A DNA stretch of 63,805 bases, the filler included, from Olpidium bornovanus S191 (Eukaryota; Fungi; Olpidiomycota): NCBI GenBank assembly GCA_017911155.1. It is 30 parts of 30 records of this genome, joined end to end, with 100 filler letters (N's around TTAATTAATTAA, not from the genome) between each part and the next. Parts side by side here need not be neighbours in the genome. Positions count along the whole stretch, not along the records: positions 60,146 to 62,530 come from JAEFCI010010151.1; positions 62,631 to 63,805 come from JAEFCI010003137.1; 28 more parts are not named here. The stretch is one strand, 5' to 3'. A program made the position numbers and the translations under genes. Below the pieces are notes generated by a model. That model was not told where the DNA came from and searched no databases. It saw only the letters and a list, made by a program, of their open reading frames with translations. This document shows positions 60,146-63,805 of this stretch, piece after piece (within the stretch, counting starts at the first letter, position 1; each line of letters opens with the position of its first letter).

Positions 60146-62414
60146 CATGCACTCCACTTCGTCGGTGTCAACGTAAACGCCCGCACACTTTAGGCCCTGC
60201 TGAAAATCGCAGACGGGCATCCGTGTGCTCCGATCCTTCAAAAGGTACCTGTCGGGCCGCAGTCGGGTTGGCGGTTAGCGTCGTCGGGAAAAAAAGTGAG
60301 CCGATACAGGGTTCGGCAATACAGGGTGGGGCCGGCCCAGAGGGCCGGCGCGGGCAACCATAAAAGAAACGACAGTCGCAATGGCAATAAAAAAACCCCA
60401 CCCCCCGAAAAATCGAAAAACTCACACTTTTTTGAACAACCTCCTCACGGCGAGCGCCCTGGTCTTCTCGACAATTAGGTACGTTCCGTGTTCAAGCAGC
60501 CGCTTCTCTTGGAGCACAAGCGCGTCGTCAAACTTCTTCACGTTGCCCGTCCGAATCGCCTCCGCAAACGGCGCGTACGTCTCGTAGATCGACGGGCCGT
60601 GCCGCCGCAGGTAATCAAGGTTCGGCAGCACCCCTCGCAGGAGCTTCGTAGGAACAAGGATCTCCATAATAAGCCTTGTTTTGGTTTGTTTGTTTCGAGG
60701 CGGTTGTTGTCGCGGCAGAGGGGAATTCCGGTAGCAACGAATGCGCGTCAGCGGAAGGGTCCACGTTCGCCGAGGTGGCGAAACGAGTAAGACGGCGCAG
60801 TTTGCCATCTCGCCTCCTCGGGAACGCACCGAGTATTCTTCGGGCTCGAGTCGGGACATAACCGGTTAGCCGCGTCGAGACTGAACTCGGCCTGAAGGCC
60901 CCATCGCGCCGGGCGTCAAACAAAAGAAAGTCGGCGAACGCGGAACATCCCTGATCAGCGTCCCGTACGGATGTCCGGCCGCGGGAAGCACCGCGCAGCC
61001 GCAGGAACGTTCCAAAAATAAAAAAAAACGGAGAGGGGGCCTCCAGAAATGCGTACATTTGCGTAATCCTCTTTTAAAAAGAATAACACACCCTGATAGT
61101 AGTGGAACGTCGCCTGCTGCGTAACGGGATACTCGGACAGCTCGGGGAGCACTGTCACCTTTAGCGACCGTAGGACGTTCCTGCACAGGTTCTGCCGCTT
61201 GACCTGGTAATGGTCCGAAAACGGACCAGGTTGGTCGCCATTCCCCCGCCTTTCCCGACCGCTTTCCATCAACCCGCGGGAACGGCTGCGAGGCGCTTGC
61301 GGAACGTACCTTGAAGTATATCTTGAATAGCAGGTTAATAAAAAAGTACGTCCCCCATTTTCGGGATTGGGGCATCGGAGACCTGTTTGGCGTCGGAAAG
61401 CGAACCGCAACCGCGCGTTACTAACGCGAATTTGGTGCGCTACGCAAAATTTCTCGACGTCAGCCGCGCGAGGATTTCGGGCCGCAGCGGGGATGGGGTG
61501 CGGGAGGAGGGGGGGGGTGACGGTTGATGCGGGTACAAAACCCCTGTGCCGACCGGCGCACCTATCAGTCGTACATATAGAGAACGCCTTGCTGATCACC
61601 CTCGCCGCGTCCTCGAGCTTCCCCGTCTTTTCGCCCGCCGCCTCAAGCTGGGCGTCTGCCCACACGGCCAGCTGGCGCAGCTCGGAGCAAACCAAGTACC
61701 CGACGGGGAGCACCCATCGTGAAGATACTTGAAAGAAGCGGTAGAAGCTCCTGCGGAAATAGTGGTGGTGGGAGGGTGCAACGTCAAGGCAAAACGGCTG
61801 CGCGCGGTCGACGCGCAGCGGGACACGGGGGACCGGGAACCGCGGCAGCGCGGAAGTTCGCTCGTCCCCCCCCCCCCCCCCCCCCGGCCAACGCGACAGT
61901 AAAGGATACTGGGCAAGCTTGACTTGGGTTTCGTAGGCGGCCGCGAAGAGGGACTCGTCAAGCGCCCAGCCGACCCTGAAGTACGCCATGACGACCTCGG
62001 GCCAAGGTTCCTCGAGGGTCTGGCTGCATATCCACTCGAGGTCCGGCGGCTGCGGCGGGGGAGGGAGAAGGGGGGCAGGGCGACGCCAGGCGGCGAGTTG
62101 TCTCCGGCATCAGTCCGCCGGCGTCGTCCTCGAAGCAGAAGGCAGTGATGACACGGGGGGGGGAAAAAAAACGTCCGCGGACCCGGCTCTCCCCGTCGCA
62201 GGCTGCCCTTACGCAGCGCGGGCTGCGCGAAACGGAGGGCGAATTGCAACACGCAGGGCCCCTCCCCCCGCGCCTCCCCCACCTGGTCCCTCTCCGAACA
62301 CAGCCGGGCAGCGGAGGGCCCGCAGCAGGTCAGCTGAGACGCGACGTACTCCCCGTCCTCGTCGGCGATGGCGTCGGCGAGGTCCGCGACGAAAGCCTTC
62401 AGCTTCTCCGCCAT
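60146..62414 (-). CDS. CSN12: PCI-domain protein Csn12/PCID2 (Thp1 family), 3'-truncated
   Basis: KLEDAARVISKAFSICTTDR, SRKWGTYFFINLLFKIYFK, NLCRNVLRSL, ATFHYYQGVLFFLKEDY, AIRTGNVKKFDDAL, GTYLIVEKTR, DEVECM. Confidence 0.92.
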
Positions 62415-62487
62415 GGAGCACACGTCAGCGGCGGGACACGCGGGGAGCGGCGGGGGGCTCGCGGGGTTTTCCGGTCGGGGTTCTTTT

Positions 62488-62519
<32 letters not shown>

Positions 62520-63555
62520 CCTTTTTTCGGNNNNNNNNNNNNNNNNNNNNNNNNNNNNNNNNNNNNNNNNNNNNTTAATTAATTAANNNNNNNNNNNNNN
62601 NNNNNNNNNNNNNNNNNNNNNNNNNNNNNNACATGTTGTCCTCCGGACGGGGGCGGCTTGTTTCGCTAAAGTTGTTAGCGCGAGATTCCCAGCAAGGAGA
62701 CTGCGTATGGCGTCGGAAGCACGCGTCGCAGATACGTTCTACTTCGTGGAGCGGAGAGTGTCCTCGTACGTCCTTTCCTTTTTCGGACTTTGTGGGGATT
62801 CCGTGGGCGGATTTTGACGGTATATTTGAAGGGGATCTCCGGTCTGGAGCAATGCGTGCGAGAAACGAAGGCAGGCGCCGCGCATGGGCTCCGTAAAATC
62901 ACCAAAACTCTTTACTTGGGCAGACGTCGCTCGTGCCTCGACTTTTACGGCACACACCGCCGCGCCGGCATCGGTGACGCACGAGTCCGGGTTGGACTTC
63001 AAATCGCGCAAGCGATTGAGGAATGGCCGAGGGCCCAATTCGGGCTTGACAGCGTGTTCTGTATGAATCTTCGGCGGTATAATGAAACAGGAGGTTTGCC
63101 GCGTCATATGCTTCGGGGCCATTTTCTTTGCCCTCTGCTTTTTCTAGCGTGCTCGAATCGTTTTCTCCGCAACGGCCTTTGGGGAGGGGACTTCGTACTT
63201 ATACTGTACTTACAAGCTCTCGCGTTCCCAGCGTGACGTGATCACCGCCGGCTTATACCTCTTTTCATTGAGCACAGAGCGGTGTTGATAACGTGTTTAG
63301 AAGGGGGGCTTTCGTCAGCATTCGCCCGGTGAGCAGCTCAATCAACGTCGGCCAACCCTTTCCGTTGCTAATTTCGAAACTTCGTCAGCGAGAACACGAG
63401 GATTGTCTAATGGTCGCCTTGCGGGTTCGAGTTGGTTCAACGCTATTTCACGTCCCGTTGACGGTTGCCCCAGTGTTTGCCCGTATGCCAGGCGTGTGTT
63501 CGAACGGGGCGTGCCCGCCCCGCTCTTGACGCCGGTGCCCTGCTGATAGTGCCAC

Positions 63556-63595
<40 letters not shown>

Positions 63596-63805
63596 GCGTC
63601 GAACAGTTAGGAGACGCGTCAATCGTCCATTCTGACTCCAGGCAAAATGCCCAGTTTTGTTAACTGCAAATTGCTTTGCTACATCATGAGCATCTAGGAA
63701 TAATGGTGAGTCGAGTATTATTAATTGCGCCTCCCGGGAGGGAAGGTAAAGGGGGGTGGTGGGGGGGGGGCGGGGAAGTTGAGAATAGAGCCGGAAGAAC
63801 CAGGA

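Noticed and set aside
62884-62935. MGSVKSPKLFTWADVAR as a cytochrome b5 fusion (desaturase) N-terminus
   Set aside because: No HPGG heme motif or convincing next exon on the contig.
63398-63445. tRNA-like A-box/B-box (TTGTCTAATGG...GGTTCGAGT)
   Set aside because: Boxes are only ~10 nt apart, with no cloverleaf or acceptor stem.
1-63805. Co-occurrence of SPO11, AGO, UBC12, CSN12 and retroelements as a gene cluster or defence system
   Set aside because: They lie on separate contigs joined by spacers, so adjacency is an artefact.

Overview
This window is not a contiguous locus. It is 30 short, unrelated contigs (about 1-5.5 kb) joined by 29 artificial 100-nt spacers (44 N + TTAATTAATTAA + 44 N), so gene order across spacers means nothing. 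The DNA is GC-rich, intron-rich and eukaryotic, and looks like a flagellated early-diverging fungus (Olpidium/chytrid-like; inference). Recognisable spliced gene fragments: ALDH, a multi-CBS protein, TVP38, an AVT3/4-type transporter, SPO11, MED21, VPS37, ZNHIT2, mitoribosomal mL53/MRPL44, UBC12, Argonaute, AMP deaminase, IDE/STE23, SSB-type Hsp70, PHB2, nuclear ATP1, DNAAF1/ODA7 and CSN12/PCID2. LTR-retrotransposon debris includes two copia 3' ends with LTRs, a gag with a CCHC knuckle and a decayed Ty3/gypsy RT. No prokaryotic operon, CRISPR array, rRNA or convincing tRNA was found, and I cannot support a wholly new multi-gene system. The most unusual signals are: about 18 of 60 contig ends terminating at CATG (possibly an NlaIII/6mA footprint), a copia RNaseH-PPT-LTR-PBS junction, an orphan 14-Cys protein, and flagellar plus meiotic markers in the same genome. 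All gene calls come from manual translation and motif recall, not database searches.
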